The notes beneath the pieces were generated by a model. It ran no database searches, had not been told where the DNA came from, and saw only the letters and a program-made list of their open reading frames with translations. From sequence record KU686213.1: 64,000 bases of DNA, one strand, 5' to 3'. The translations under genes were made by a program, and so were the position numbers. Below are positions 63,448 to 64,000 of the stretch, in pieces (positions within the stretch are counted from its first letter, which is position 1; every line of letters starts with the position of its first letter).

Positions 63448-64000
63448 ATGTCATACGAAATTAACGAAGTCGTCATTATTGACGGAAGTCGTAATATTGT
63501 AAACGCTGGTGTTGGTACTTTTACTAAAGTTCACCCAGCAGAATTAGAAGTTGGAACCTCAGGACTAGCTATCTCTGATGTTCTAAACGAGACAGATCTA
63601 AGTAGTGATAGTGCATCAGCACTACCTACCCAACACGCCGTTAAGGCATATGTTGATGCTGCAATCTCAACTGTTCAGTCAGATATAGATGCTAATGAAC
63701 TAGCTTCCGACAACGCAGAATCTGCTTTGTCTGGTCGTCTAGACACTCTAGAAGCTGATCCAACAACAGCAACTGCTCTAGCAGCAGTTCAGGCTGATGT
63801 GGATGCCAATGAACTAGCTTCCGATAATGCTGAATCAGCATTGTCTGGTCGCCTAGACACCCTTGAGGCTGATCCAACAACTCAGACTCTATTGACTGCC
63901 GAGGCAAGTGCCCGCACTAGTGCGGATTCAGCATTGTCTGGTCGCCTAGACACCCTTGAGGCTGATCCAACAACTCAGACTCTATTGACTGCCGAGGCAA
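63448..64000 (+). CDS. Partial (3'-truncated) repeat-rich coiled-coil fibre or structural protein
   Basis: Open from ATG 63448 to the window end (absent from the track); PTQHAVKAYVD motif; SALSGRLDTLEADPTT three times; late promoter at 63358-63365. Confidence 0.8.
   Translation, partial: MSYEINEVVIIDGSRNIVNAGVGTFTKVHPAELEVGTSGLAISDVLNETDLSSDSASALPTQHAVKAYVDAAISTVQSDIDANELASDNAESALSGRLDTLEADPTTATALAAVQADVDANELASDNAESALSGRLDTLEADPTTQTLLTAEASARTSADSALSGRLDTLEADPTTQTLLTAEA
63835..64000 (+). repeat. Intragenic tandem repeat, 93-nt period
   Basis: 63835-63907 is identical to 63928-64000; an earlier 114-nt-period degenerate copy starts at 63688/63802. Confidence 0.9.

Noticed and set aside
1-64000. 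tRNA, tmRNA or rRNA genes; photosynthesis genes (psbA, hli)
   Set aside because: No cloverleaf with T-loop GTTCRA plus acceptor stem was recognised by eye, and no such ORFs are in the track; a tRNAscan-SE/ARAGORN run would be decisive.

Overview
A 64-kb segment of a T4-like myovirus genome. The gene order and accessory genes (VrlC-like structural protein, CobS/CobT-like pair, 2OG-Fe(II) oxygenase, DUF3110-like ORF) fit a marine or freshwater cyanomyovirus (Kyanoviridae-like); this comes from recalled family knowledge, not a database search. Layout, with essentially all real genes on the + strand: (i) 1-3300, a visibly GC-richer array of small early ORFs, nearly all preceded by a copy of a ~60-80 bp hairpin + sigma70-like promoter + RBS cassette; (ii) 3300-4284, a ~1 kb non-coding region with a minus-strand sigma70 promoter and terminator, two 10-bp-phased TAGAG repeat arrays and a structured late transcript candidate; (iii) 4284-6488, three tandem paralogous late genes with conserved ends and a divergent C-terminal domain; (iv) 7279-48851, the virion module g25-g6-g7-g8-VrlC-g13-g14-g15-g16-(inserts)-g17-g18-g19-g20-g21-g22-g23-g3; (v) 48862-61345, uvsY, uvsW, g55, g47, g46, 2OG oxygenase, peptidase/VWA (CobT-like), LOG, CobS, g45; (vi) 61408-64000, a late fibre module (S74 chaperone-domain protein and a repeat-rich coiled-coil protein running off the end). 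The strongest unexplained signals are a 37-bp block with its upstream minus-strand promoter duplicated 48 kb apart (3678-3743 and 51441-51507) together with TAGAG decamers, the early cassette array, the triplicated variable-tip genes, and several candidate structured RNAs. No tRNA, rRNA, CRISPR array, intron, intein, integrase or reverse transcriptase was recognised.
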